A DNA stretch of 64,000 nucleotides from Chloroflexota bacterium (lineage in GTDB: Bacteria; Chloroflexota; Dehalococcoidia; Dehalococcoidales; UBA2162): positions 13,903 to 77,902 of the forward strand of contig JBDRLU010000042.1 of the NCBI GenBank assembly GCA_043812795.1, given 5' to 3'. This document shows positions 46,048-55,579 of this stretch, in pieces. How positions within the stretch are numbered: the first letter of the stretch is position 1; the number at the start of each line of letters is the position of its first letter. Both the position numbers and the translations under genes were made by a program. The notes under the pieces are model-generated. The model searched no databases and was not told the DNA's origin. It saw only the letters and a program-made list of their open reading frames with translations.

Positions 46048-46950
46048 ATGGACGTATCTGGAACAGTAGGCTTGGTATTTGGCGCTATAGGTCTAATTGG
46101 AGTTATTTATACCGTTTATTATGGTCAAAAGGGCCTAAGGAAAAAACTTCTTGTGTTTCATAATTCAATGGCAATACCTCTCGCACAAGCGTACTCACCT
46201 GGAGATGATTATAGACTGTCAGTCTTGTACCAAAGAAAGGGTTCTAACGAGGAGAGAATTGAAAGCGTTTACACAACTTTTTTGAAATTCGCAAATCTCG
46301 GTAAAGAGCCGATACGTGGTGTTGACATAGCCCCTTCTAATCCAATCAAAGTTATCGTTGAAAGCGCACGTACTCTTGACATTCAAATAGAAGCAATAAC
46401 TAGAAAAGTGAATAATGTATCCATAAGAAATCCAATATTAGCAGATAATGAATCGTCAGCAGAAGTTCATTTCGATTTTCTGGACTTTAAAGACGGAGCA
46501 CTAATTAAAGTTTTGACTGTTGGTGACAAGGGGAAGATTTCACTCTCAGGCGATATCATTGGTATGCCAGAAGGTATAATAAAGATTGGGGAAGCTGGCA
46601 GGGACGAATTTGAAGGGTCTTCAATTTCCGGATGGTCTGCTTTAGGTCTTTATATTGCATCGTTAGCGTTATCTGCGTTTATCTTTTATCTAGTAATTGG
46701 GACATGGGATAAAATATGGTTAGTCGTCGTACCTCTTTTTGTTTTGCTTACATTAGCGGCATTAGTGTTAATCCCTATCTCGTTATGGCTTATGCGAAAA
46801 CGGTCTTTCCCCAAAAACCTTGACTTACCTAAATGGTGTCGTTCCATTATTCCGTATCCAAGGCGCATGATGCGCAAACGACTATCAGAAATGAAATTGG
46901 AAGGAAAGACAGCTAAACCTGTGGACTTTCAGATTTCGAAACATTTATAA
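46048..46950 (+). CDS. orphan membrane protein in AT-rich islet
   Basis: 300 aa: N-terminal TM, a ~170 aa soluble region, two C-terminal TMs and a basic tail. About 40% GC by hand count of one 60-nt line. No family recognised. Confidence 0.5.
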   Translation: MDVSGTVGLVFGAIGLIGVIYTVYYGQKGLRKKLLVFHNSMAIPLAQAYSPGDDYRLSVLYQRKGSNEERIESVYTTFLKFANLGKEPIRGVDIAPSNPIKVIVESARTLDIQIEAITRKVNNVSIRNPILADNESSAEVHFDFLDFKDGALIKVLTVGDKGKISLSGDIIGMPEGIIKIGEAGRDEFEGSSISGWSALGLYIASLALSAFIFYLVIGTWDKIWLVVVPLFVLLTLAALVLIPISLWLMRKRSFPKNLDLPKWCRSIIPYPRRMMRKRLSEMKLEGKTAKPVDFQISKHL

Positions 46951-47063
46951 ATAATAATAATTAGCTATCCGTTAACTAACAAAATGGAAAATCCCCCTGG
47001 CCTTTTACTGATTCGGGGATTTTAACCCCAGTTTTAGTAGCCAAAGTAGGATTTAACCAAAAA

Positions 47064-47169
47064 CTACTTTACTTCGCCTTCGGATATGAACCCAGGACTT
47101 TGAGGAAAAGGGCGGACTGCTCAAGACTCGCCAGAGTTTCCATGGCGATTTTGTCCTCGCGGTGGCCTC
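47064..47169 (-). repeat. displaced duplicate of the pheA 3' end (copy C)
   Basis: Roughly 85% identical by eye to 48536-48640. The minus strand reads [32 protein letters not shown], against the real PheA tail [32 protein letters not shown]. Confidence 0.8.
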
Positions 47170-47184
47170 AAATAGGAACAATCT

Positions 47185-47392
47185 CTACTTCAAAAGTCTA
47201 ATAAATTCCTCAACGCTGATATCCGCCGTACGGATGATTTCCCAAACATAGATGGATAACTTCTTTGATATTATCCAAGGCTTCTTCGCGCGTCTTGCCC
47301 TGCGTAAAGCAACTTTTGAGTACGGGCACTTCGGCCACGTAATAGCCATCTTCGTCCCGTGTGATAACAACCGGCAGTCTTAATTTTTTCAT
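47185..47392 (-). pseudogene. decayed hicB-hicA-like module: antitoxin N-terminus joined out of frame to a HicA-like C-terminal tail
   Basis: MKKLRLPVVITRDEDGYYVAEVPVLKSCFTQGKTREEALDNIKEVI is HicB/UPF0150-like. A different frame ends ...EIIRTADISVEEFIRLLK*, resembling HicA tails. Confidence 0.4.
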
Positions 47393-47469
47393 GGTTCATC
47401 CCGCTTCTTTTTTTAATTATAGCATACTGCTTGTTGGGTACGGCTGTTTGGATTTAACCTTAGCCGTCG

Positions 47470-47553
47470 CTACTTTGCCCTTGGATATGACCCAGCACCT
47501 TGAGGAAGGGAACCTAATCTTCGCCAATCTTTGCGACAAAATCCCCTTGCCTC
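47470..47553 (-). repeat. degenerate duplicate of the pheA 3' end (copy B)
   Basis: ctactttgcccttggatatgaccc... still reads GSYPRAK* at its end, but FLKVLG lies in another frame. The upstream flank ggatttaacc is shared with copy C. Confidence 0.55.
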
Positions 47554-48081
47554 TTGTTTTTCCCTGACTTACAATATTATTACGTTTGTGCGTAGCCGTT
47601 AACTTAAACGCTCCGTCAGATTCTGGCCGCTGGAGTCAGTTCAGGGTAATCGGGAAGACCCTGCCATTGACCAGCAAAGCGGTAACGCAGGTCGCCGGAC
47701 AGAGACCGTCAAGTCTTGGGTCCACAGGCCGCCCCCCTTTGAGTCGGTTGGCTGTCGACAAGGCTCTCGTCAGAATCGCCCCCGGAAAGTCCAGTAAGGG
47801 ATGAATATCGGCTCACTCCGTCCCGGAAAATCATGGTTATCGGCGGTTTTTGGCCATGCCGGAGCCTTGGCCTACTATCACGGGACCTGAGCAACTTTGG
47901 TTTTCGGGAGACCAGTTACCTCTCATTATCTTCTGATATGAGAATGCCTCCGCATACCCGGTAGGGTTTGTTTTTGTAAAAAATGCACCTTAACAACAAA
48001 ATTAGAATTAGAGTTTCTTACTTGCCCGCCATATACACGTCACGGAAAAAGTAGTAAAATTTCTCATATAGGAGTCTAGTG

Positions 48082-48294
48082 ATGGAAAAGGAAATAATAT
48101 TTCTGGTGGAAGAGGATGAGACCGAGGGCGGTTATACCGCACGGGCCCTCGGTCATGACATCTTTACTGAAGCCGAGACTGTTGGAAAATTGAAGGCCAT
48201 GATTCAAGACGCAGTCAACTGCCATTTCGATGAAACAGAGAGGCCATCGATTATCCGTCTGCACATTGTTAAGGACGAGGTCATTCCGGCGTGA
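48082..48294 (+). CDS. HicB-like antitoxin (small family often misannotated as 2-oxoisovalerate dehydrogenase)
   Basis: MEKEIIFLVEEDETEGGYTARALGHDIFTEAETVGKLKAMIQDAVNCHF...IRLHIVKDEV. Its stop overlaps the GTG of the downstream hicA (gtga). Confidence 0.6.
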   Translation: MEKEIIFLVEEDETEGGYTARALGHDIFTEAETVGKLKAMIQDAVNCHFDETERPSIIRLHIVKDEVIPA

Positions 48295-48535
48295 GGCTGC
48301 CGAGAAACTTGAGTGGCCTGGAACTGGCCAAGCTTTTGGCAAAATATGGTATCAAATCACTCGTCAGACAGGCAGCTATCTCAGGTTAACATCTACTATC
48401 AAAGGCAAAGAGCATCATCTAACCATTCCGAAGCATAGTCCCCTGAAAATTGGTACGCTCTCAGGCATCGTTACCGATATCGCCGGATACCTGGAGATAG
48501 ATAAGAGAAAGTTACTCTCGGAACTATTCAGGTAA
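48291..48535 (+). pseudogene. hicA: HicA-family toxin gene disrupted by a 1-nt deletion
   Basis: Frame 0 reads VRLPRNLSGLELAKLLAKYGI and stops at 48387-48389. Frame -1 continues YQITRQTGSYLRLTSTIKGKEHHLTIPKHSPLKIGTLSGIV.... The junction is at ggt(t)atcaa, ~48350. Confidence 0.65.
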
Positions 48536-48538
48536 CTA

Positions 48539-49606
48539 CTACTTCGCCCTTGGATAAGACCCCAGGACTTTGAGGAAAAGGGTGGACTGCTCCAGGCTCG
48601 CCAGCGTCTCCGTGGCGATTTTGTCCTCACGGTGCCCTTCGAAGTCGAGGTAGAAGTTGTATTCCCACGGCTTCTGGCGGGTGGGTCGGGACTCTATCTT
48701 GGTCAGGTTGATATTACGTACGGCCAGTTCTTTGAGGAAATCGTATAACGCTCCCGGCTTGTGCCTGACCGAGAAAACGATGGACGTTTTGTCGTTACCG
48801 GTGGGCGGGGAATCGTGCTTGGCCAGCACAAAGAACCGCGTGAAGTTATGCGGGTTGTCCTCAATCTCGCGGGCGAGGATTTCCATGCCGTAGATTTCAG
48901 CGGCGCGGGCGCTGGCAATGGCGGCGCCGTCGGTGATGCCTTTTTCTTTAATCATTTTGACGCTGCCGGCGGTATCATAGGTCGGTACCAGTTCGCGACC
49001 TAAATGTCTCAGAAAAGCCTGGCACTGGCCGAGGGCTTGCGGATGGGAATAGACCCGCTTGATAAGCTCGATCTTGGTCCCCGGGTTGGCAATGAGGCAA
49101 TGGCTGACCCGCAGCCCGGTCTCGCCGCAGACGAGCAGGCTCGAATCGAGCAGTAAGTCATAAGTGCGGCTGATACTGCCTTCGAGAGAGTTTTCGATAG
49201 GCACCACGGCGAACTGGGTCTCGCCTTCCTCGACGACCTTGAAAACGTCGTCCAGGCTTTCACAGGGCCGGGCCTGGACGGCATTACCGAAGAACTGGTA
49301 GGCGGCTTCCTCGCTATAAGCCCCGACTTCCCCCTGGAAAGCGACGACAACCCCTTGCACGCCTTTGGACATGCGGATGAGCTGACGGTAAACATTTTCG
49401 ATATCGGCCGGGTTTATTTTTTCGGCACGGGCCAGCTTCTTTACTTTGTCGATGACAACTTTTTCCCGGTTGTTATCCGTCACCGGCTGGCCGCTGGCCT
49501 TTTTGGTCCGCCCGATTTCCTCGGAAATGCGTATCCTTTCGGCAATGAGCTTGATAAGCTGGGCATCGACTTTATCGATTTTCTGGCGGAATTCTTCCAG
49601 GCTCAT
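48539..49606 (-). CDS. pheA: bifunctional chorismate mutase / prephenate dehydratase
   Basis: 355 aa with an N-terminal CM domain ([22 protein letters not shown]), a PDT domain and a C-terminal ACT domain. Confidence 0.9.
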   Translation of the reverse strand: MSLEEFRQKIDKVDAQLIKLIAERIRISEEIGRTKKASGQPVTDNNREKVVIDKVKKLARAEKINPADIENVYRQLIRMSKGVQGVVVAFQGEVGAYSEEAAYQFFGNAVQARPCESLDDVFKVVEEGETQFAVVPIENSLEGSISRTYDLLLDSSLLVCGETGLRVSHCLIANPGTKIELIKRVYSHPQALGQCQAFLRHLGRELVPTYDTAGSVKMIKEKGITDGAAIASARAAEIYGMEILAREIEDNPHNFTRFFVLAKHDSPPTGNDKTSIVFSVRHKPGALYDFLKELAVRNINLTKIESRPTRQKPWEYNFYLDFEGHREDKIATETLASLEQSTLFLKVLGSYPRAK

Positions 49607-50691
49607 TTCAGCACCTCCGGTATCAGTCGCGCCCTCAGGGCAAAATCGGACAGGGTGACAGCCATCATGGCTTCGACCACGGGCACGGCCCGCGGTACGA
49701 TACAGGTGTCATGCCGACCTTTGATATTCAGGGTGGTACTTTTCATGGTTTGCAGGTTGACCGTATTTTGGGGTTTGGAAATGGAAGGCGTCGGTTTCAC
49801 GGCGACTCGGGCGACAATAGGCATGCCGTTGCTGATACCACCCAGAATGCCGCCGGCATTGTTGGTCGCGGTCACCACTTCACCTTTCTTGAGGGTAAAG
49901 GCGTCATTATTCGCCGAGCCCTTGCTCCTGGCGGCGGAGAAACCGGCGCCGAATTCGACTCCTTTCACGGCCGGGATGGCAAACAAAGCTTTGGCCAGAT
50001 CTCCCTCCAGAGTATCATAGACCGGTCCACCAAGGCCGACGGGCACATTGATGGCCAGCCCTTCGATAATACCACCGACACTATCGCCGGCGGCTCTGGC
50101 CTGCTCAATCACTTTCGTCATAGCTCTGACGGCAGCCGGATCGGCACAGCGGAGGGGGCTACTGGCCACGTTTTTCTTTGTCTCGGCGAGAGTTTTACTC
50201 TTAGCGGTGACACCGCCAATTTCAACGGCGTGAGCCAACACCTCAATATCGATGGTACTGAGCAGCTTTTTCGCCACGGCGCCGGCCATGACGAAAGCGG
50301 CGGTAATTCTACCGGAGAACTGGCCGCCGCCGCGGAAATCATTGAAGCCGCCGTACTTCATGAAGGCGGTAAAATCGGCGTGACCGGGGCGGGGCAAGAA
50401 CCTCATTTTTTCATATTCGCTGGAATCGACGTCTTTATTCCAGACCATCAGGCAGATAGGGGCACCGGTAGTATAGTCTTTATAGATGCCGGAAAGGACT
50501 TCTACTTTATCTTCTTCCGCCCGCCGGGTGGTACCGACGGCGGACGGCCTTCTTTTATCCACTTCGCTCTGGATGTCGGCTTCAGTGAGAAGGAGACCGG
50601 CCGGGCAGCCGTCGATAATAACGCCGACGCAGCGGCCGTGGCTCTCACCGAAGCTGGTGATGCGAAACAGTTTGCCGAAACTATTACTCAT
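49603..50691 (-). CDS. aroC: chorismate synthase
   Basis: 362 aa with [15 protein letters not shown]. Confidence 0.95.
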   Translation of the reverse strand: MSNSFGKLFRITSFGESHGRCVGVIIDGCPAGLLLTEADIQSEVDKRRPSAVGTTRRAEEDKVEVLSGIYKDYTTGAPICLMVWNKDVDSSEYEKMRFLPRPGHADFTAFMKYGGFNDFRGGGQFSGRITAAFVMAGAVAKKLLSTIDIEVLAHAVEIGGVTAKSKTLAETKKNVASSPLRCADPAAVRAMTKVIEQARAAGDSVGGIIEGLAINVPVGLGGPVYDTLEGDLAKALFAIPAVKGVEFGAGFSAARSKGSANNDAFTLKKGEVVTATNNAGGILGGISNGMPIVARVAVKPTPSISKPQNTVNLQTMKSTTLNIKGRHDTCIVPRAVPVVEAMMAVTLSDFALRARLIPEVLK

Positions 50692-51946
50692 CTAGCTTTA
50701 CCTCACCTCCGATACTTTGCAGTACATCCCAGAATTCGGGGTAGGTCTTGGTGACACATTCCGCCCCCATAATAGTTGTCTGGCCGGTGCTCAGTCCGAG
50801 CAGACTGAAGGCCATGGCAATGCGATGGTCACCCTTGCTATCGATAACCGCACCTCTGGGTGAAGCGCCGGTAACAGTCAACTTATCCTTTTCCTCGCAG
50901 GTGGTAACGCCCATCCGCGCCAGTCCTTCGACAATGGCCGAGATACGGTCGGACTCTTTCAATCTCGCCCGGGCGACGCCGGTAAATTCACTGGTGCCTT
51001 CGGCCACTGCCGCCATTACCGCCATCGTCGGTAATAGGTCGATACAATCGGATAAATTAGCCTTAATCGCTTTCAAATTGGCCTTTTTCACCACGATAGA
51101 AGACTCATGTTTGGTCACCGAAGCCCCCATCTCATCGAGGAAGTCCAGCAGTATTTTATCACCTTGTAAGCTCCTGGGGTTGAGGTTGGTGACTTCTACC
51201 TCGCCGGCCAGAGCACCGAGGGCCAGCAAGTACGATGCGGAAGACCAGTCGCCTTCTACCAGGTATTTCGTCGGTTCGTAGGCCTGTTTCACCGTCTCAA
51301 ACTCTCTTAGGTTCTCGGAGTAAGCTACCGAGACCCCGAATTGCTGGAGGCATTCCAGCGTCATCAGGACGTAGGGCTGCGATTCCAGAGGCGTGGTCAG
51401 CCTGATTTGCATCTCATTCTCGGCAAAGGGGGAAATGAGGAGCAGGGCAGTGACGAATTGCGAACTGATATTGCCGGGGAGTGCGGTGAGTCCGCCCTGT
51501 AATTTGCCTCCCTGCACGATAATAGCACTTTGTCCATTCTCAAAATGGCAGTCCACCTTCAGTTGCCGGAGCGCCTGGAGGAGGGGTTCGATGGGCCTTC
51601 TGGCCAGCGAAGGGGTCATCGTCAGGCGGCACTGGCCGGGGACGAGCGAGGCAATGGCCGTCATAAACCTCAACGTCGCCGCCGATTCACGGCAAAAGAG
51701 GTCGCTCGACGGCTGACGGAAATTCCCGCCATTAACCGGCCAGGCTTGTTCCTGCTGGCGTACGCTGATGCCAATCTTGTCCAACACATCGAGGGCGGCT
51801 TCGGTATCGTCCGAGCTTAACGGATTGATGATTTCACTCTGGCCATGAGCGAGAGCGGCACAAACCAGACCCCGGATGGTATAGCTCTTGGAGGAAGGGG
51901 CAACTACTTTGCCTTTTACCCGGCTCTTAGAAATTAAAGCTTTCAT
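50684..51946 (-). CDS. aroA: 3-phosphoshikimate 1-carboxyvinyltransferase (EPSP synthase)
   Basis: 420 aa with [12 protein letters not shown] and typical EPSPS sequence. Confidence 0.9.
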   Translation of the reverse strand: MKALISKSRVKGKVVAPSSKSYTIRGLVCAALAHGQSEIINPLSSDDTEAALDVLDKIGISVRQQEQAWPVNGGNFRQPSSDLFCRESAATLRFMTAIASLVPGQCRLTMTPSLARRPIEPLLQALRQLKVDCHFENGQSAIIVQGGKLQGGLTALPGNISSQFVTALLLISPFAENEMQIRLTTPLESQPYVLMTLECLQQFGVSVAYSENLREFETVKQAYEPTKYLVEGDWSSASYLLALGALAGEVEVTNLNPRSLQGDKILLDFLDEMGASVTKHESSIVVKKANLKAIKANLSDCIDLLPTMAVMAAVAEGTSEFTGVARARLKESDRISAIVEGLARMGVTTCEEKDKLTVTGASPRGAVIDSKGDHRIAMAFSLLGLSTGQTTIMGAECVTKTYPEFWDVLQSIGGEVKLDE

Positions 51947-52457
51947 CCTTTTCCAGTTTCTTTATTATTCGCCTGACCACGGCCTCGATATTCAGTTTCG
52001 ACGTGTTTATTTTAATATCAGCCGCCCGCTCGTAAAAAGGTTTTCTGAACGCCATCAACTCCCGGATACGCGGCGCCATTTCAGGCACGTCGAGAAGGGG
52101 CCGGGTGGTCTTATCGACGGCCGTCCTCGAAAGGACGGCTTCCGGCGAGGCGGTGAGGAGGACGATAACGGCCCCTTCTTTCAGCCGGTCGATATTTATT
52201 TTGTTGAGAACAAGGCCGCCCCCGCAGGCAACGACCACGTGGTCTTCTTTCGCAATATCCTTGGCCGCGGCAATTTCCAGCTCCCGGAAAGCTATTTCAC
52301 CATCCCTTTGAAAGATATCCGGGATTGGCTTGCCGGCTTTCTGCTCGATTACCGCGTCCAGTTCAATAAATTTCCGGTGCATCTTGGCAGCGAGCAGCTT
52401 ACCCACCGCCGTTTTACCCGTCCCCATAAAACCGATTAAGGCGATATTACTTTTCAT
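51927..52457 (-). CDS. aroK: shikimate kinase
   Basis: IALIGFMGTGKTAVGK P-loop. ATG 52457 preferred; it overlaps the aroE stop. Confidence 0.85.
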   Translation of the reverse strand: MKSNIALIGFMGTGKTAVGKLLAAKMHRKFIELDAVIEQKAGKPIPDIFQRDGEIAFRELEIAAAKDIAKEDHVVVACGGGLVLNKINIDRLKEGAVIVLLTASPEAVLSRTAVDKTTRPLLDVPEMAPRIRELMAFRKPFYERAADIKINTSKLNIEAVVRRIIKKLEKDESFNF

Positions 52458-53325
52458 GGTTTTCCAGTAGCTCCACGACAATTTGCTTCATGATATTTAC
52501 CGGAGCTTTCTGCCCGGTCCATTGCTCGAAGGATAAAGCTCCCTGCCAGACCAGCATATCCACGCCGCTCACGGTAGCCGCCCCGACCTGCTCGGCTTCC
52601 CTGACCAGTCTGGTCTTAATCGGGTTGTAAACAATATCATAAACGAAAAGGTCGGGCCGGAGCAGGTCAGCCTCAACCGGTGTCGCATCGGTCTGCGGAC
52701 TCATCCCCACGCTGGTCGCGTTAACCAGGATATCGGCTTCGCCGATAACTTTCTTCAGATTTTCCTTATTCAATTCGAGAGCAGTTACTTCCTGGCGGAA
52801 GAAGTGCGAGATACGGTCAGCCAGGTCTTTCGCCCAGTTAAATTCTTCGAGACGATTGAGGATAACCAGACGGGCGCCCCGGTCAGCGAGAATAAAAGAA
52901 AGTGCCCGTGAAGCGCCCCCGGCACCCAGAATAGCGATATTCTTCCCTTCAGGTCCGACTCCTTTTTCGAGAAGGGCCTGGAGAAATCCGCTAGCATCGG
53001 TGTTGTAGCCGCATAAAACTCCATCATTATTGACAATAGTATTGACCGCACCAATCTTCCTGGCCAGGGGGTCAAGCTCATCCAGGAATGACATGACCGC
53101 TACTTTATGCGGAATGGTAACATTAAGCCCTCTGACATTTAAGGCTCTCATCCCATCAATCGCCTGGCCCAGCCGTTCTTTCCTCACGTGGAAGGGGACG
53201 TAGATATAGTCCAGTCCCAGGTTACTGAAGGCAACATTGTGCATAGCCGGCGACATCGTATGTTCTACCGGGTCGCCAATGATACCGCAGATGGTCGTCT
53301 TGCCCGATACCTCTAAATTGCTCAT
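52447..53325 (-). CDS. aroE: shikimate dehydrogenase
   Basis: 292 aa with GIIGDPVEHTMSPAMHN and GAGGASRA. Confidence 0.9.
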   Translation of the reverse strand: MSNLEVSGKTTICGIIGDPVEHTMSPAMHNVAFSNLGLDYIYVPFHVRKERLGQAIDGMRALNVRGLNVTIPHKVAVMSFLDELDPLARKIGAVNTIVNNDGVLCGYNTDASGFLQALLEKGVGPEGKNIAILGAGGASRALSFILADRGARLVILNRLEEFNWAKDLADRISHFFRQEVTALELNKENLKKVIGEADILVNATSVGMSPQTDATPVEADLLRPDLFVYDIVYNPIKTRLVREAEQVGAATVSGVDMLVWQGALSFEQWTGQKAPVNIMKQIVVELLENHEK

Positions 53326-53978
53326 GCTCTCACCATTTCATAGATACTCACCAGGTCGCGGACCGTCATCTGCCCCGAGGCCGATTCCTTACCGGACTCG
53401 ATTGATGCGTAGATGAACTCGCTACCGGCCAATGGACAGAACACCCGGCTCATCACGCCCAGCGGCCCCATGGCAAATGCCACCAGCTTTATTCCCAGAA
53501 ATTCCGGGAAAAGTCGCAAGACAGTCAAATTGTCCGTTACTGTCCGGGCGGTGGTCACTACTTTGCAGATATCGGCGCCGGCTTTAAGCTGCCGTTCGAC
53601 GATGGCTTTCATCTCGTCGAGGGAAGGGGTCTTCGCTATATCGTGAAAAGACAGGAGACACTTCGTCCGCTTCTTGATAACTTTTACGATATTGTCCAGA
53701 TTGGCGGTACGCAGCTCGATATCAATCATATCGGCACCCAGTTCAATCGCCTGCAGCAACTGTTCAATTCTTCTGGCTTCACTGCCCTGCCACTGCCCGC
53801 TCTCATCAACGGTGCGGTTACAGGCAATCCATGGTTTTCTGAGGTGTGTCACCAGTCCCGGCCAGCCATCGCCAATGAGGTCAATTCTTACCTCGAATAG
53901 CTCAACCAGAGGCTCAATATCCCTTATCCCTTTCGGGTCGGCATTGACCAGGACGGCACAAATCTTGGGCTTCTTCAT
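53322..53978 (-). CDS. aroD: type I 3-dehydroquinate dehydratase
   Basis: 218 aa with DHQase-I-like sequence (ELRIDL-like VRIDLIGD, IASYH-like LSFHD). Confidence 0.8.
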   Translation of the reverse strand: MKKPKICAVLVNADPKGIRDIEPLVELFEVRIDLIGDGWPGLVTHLRKPWIACNRTVDESGQWQGSEARRIEQLLQAIELGADMIDIELRTANLDNIVKVIKKRTKCLLSFHDIAKTPSLDEMKAIVERQLKAGADICKVVTTARTVTDNLTVLRLFPEFLGIKLVAFAMGPLGVMSRVFCPLAGSEFIYASIESGKESASGQMTVRDLVSIYEMVRA

Positions 53979-55054
53979 TCCTTTTCCACCAGAGCTTCTT
54001 CAATTAAAGAGAAACTTACTTCATCGGTGATAAATACGTTACCAATGGCTTTGGGCAGGACAAATCTTACCTTGCCTTGCACAATCTTTTTATCATGTTT
54101 CATGGCTTGGAGTAATTTCTCCCGCTCCAGCGCCGGGAACTTCGTGGGCAGGCCGGCGTGGGTGATAACAGCCTTTAACCGTTTTAGTTCCTTTTTATCG
54201 AACAGGTCCATCTTGTTGGCGATGCGGGCGGCGGCGAGCATCCCAATGGCGACCGCTTCTCCATGTCGCACCGAGAAATTAGAGACCGACTCAATGGCAT
54301 GGCCGATGGTATGGCCATAATTCAAAACATTCCTCGGGCCGAGGTCTCTTTCGTCCTTTTCCACAATCTCGGCTTTGATTTTGGCGGAACGGAAGACAAT
54401 CGTTTCCAGGGCTTTAGCATCGAGTGCTTTTATTTTGTCAAGATTTTTCTCGATGTAGGCAAACAACTCCGGGTCGGCAATGACGCCGTATTTGATGACC
54501 TCGGCCAGGCCATCGATAAACTGGCCACTAATAAGCGTGGTTAAAGCGTCAATATCAGCGATGACCAGCCTGGGCTGGTAAAAGGCCCCGATTTTATTTT
54601 TCAACGGGCCGAAGTCCACGGCAACCTTACCACCGATACTGCTATCCACCTGGGCCAGCAGAGTGGTCGGGATTTGGATGAGAGGCAACCCGCGGAGATA
54701 GGTGGCAGCCACAAATCCGGCCAGGTCACCGATGACCCCGCCACCGAGGGCAATAATGGGCGTTGACCTTTCGACATAAAGACCGGTCAGTTCCCGGTAG
54801 AGTTTACCTACATTTTCCAGTGACTTTTGCTCTTCGCCTTCGGGAATCTCAAGGATACTGACCTGGAAGCCGCTCTTGGCCAGACTTTGCTTCAGGCTAT
54901 TGCCATACAGGCCTTTGACCGTCGGGTCGGTGATGATGACCAGCTTACCCTCGAATCCACTTTCCTTCAAGCGTAGTTCGGTCTGCCTGAGCAGTCCGGC
55001 GCCAATCTGGATATTATAGCTATTACTATTTAGCTTAACTCTGACTGTCCTCAT
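53975..55054 (-). CDS. aroB: 3-dehydroquinate synthase
   Basis: 359 aa with GGGVIGDLAGFVAATYLRG and HGEAVAIGM. Confidence 0.9.
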   Translation of the reverse strand: MRTVRVKLNSNSYNIQIGAGLLRQTELRLKESGFEGKLVIITDPTVKGLYGNSLKQSLAKSGFQVSILEIPEGEEQKSLENVGKLYRELTGLYVERSTPIIALGGGVIGDLAGFVAATYLRGLPLIQIPTTLLAQVDSSIGGKVAVDFGPLKNKIGAFYQPRLVIADIDALTTLISGQFIDGLAEVIKYGVIADPELFAYIEKNLDKIKALDAKALETIVFRSAKIKAEIVEKDERDLGPRNVLNYGHTIGHAIESVSNFSVRHGEAVAIGMLAAARIANKMDLFDKKELKRLKAVITHAGLPTKFPALEREKLLQAMKHDKKIVQGKVRFVLPKAIGNVFITDEVSFSLIEEALVEKE

Positions 55055-55192
55055 TAAAAATGTCCTAGACTTTACTATGGCTGCGTCTGATTGTTTTGAA
55101 AATCCGGTTGCAGACTCTCAGTTGCCTCGGCTTGCATGATAATCACGTTATCCTCCGTTACATTATAAGCGAACTCCGTTTGCTTTGGTAGC

Positions 55193-55224
55193 TGAAATAT
55201 AAAAACCCTCCACCTGGGAGGGTT
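55193..55224 (-). terminator. rho-independent terminator (minus strand) upstream of aroB
   Basis: Minus strand reads aaccctcc-caggt-ggagggtt followed by tttatattt. Confidence 0.5.
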
Positions 55225-55420
55225 CTCAATTACTTTCATTCAATTCTTTGATTAACTGTCTTTCTTTACCAAAGCTCCCAAGCGCACCTAACCTGGCACC
55301 GTAAAGGCGAAATAGAAGTAATATTTGTTTCTGCAAGTCTGGTAAGTCAACATCTCTGTCACAACTTTAGCACCAAGACTATCATAACGAATCTAGCCTT
55401 GTCAACAGACTAATAAGGCA

Positions 55421-55514
55421 TGTCATTGCGAGGGCTTCAGCCCGAGGGCAAAGCCTGTGATAATCTCTGAGATTACTTTGTCGTCCTTCAACGGAAGGAC
55501 TCCTCGCAATGACA
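55421..55514. repeat. ~94 bp element with 13 bp terminal inverted repeats (tgtcattgcgagg ... cctcgcaatgaca), family B
   Basis: Arms at 55421-55433 and 55502-55514. Nested internal hairpins include taatctc/gagatta and gtccttc/gaaggac. Confidence 0.55.
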
Positions 55515-55579
55515 TTTGATTTAGATAAAGCCCAAGTAAAGCACTAATCGCCGATAAAATTCTTCGAGAGCGAGGGCAA

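Noticed and set aside
47560-48078. ~500 nt GC-richer stretch inside the islet with only short overlapping ORFs. I looked for an integrase/recombinase remnant; one frame reads SGDLRYRFAG, faintly like HDLRHTFA.
   Set aside because: All frames are broken by stops within a few dozen codons, and no second recombinase motif could be found. This is not enough to call a pseudogene.
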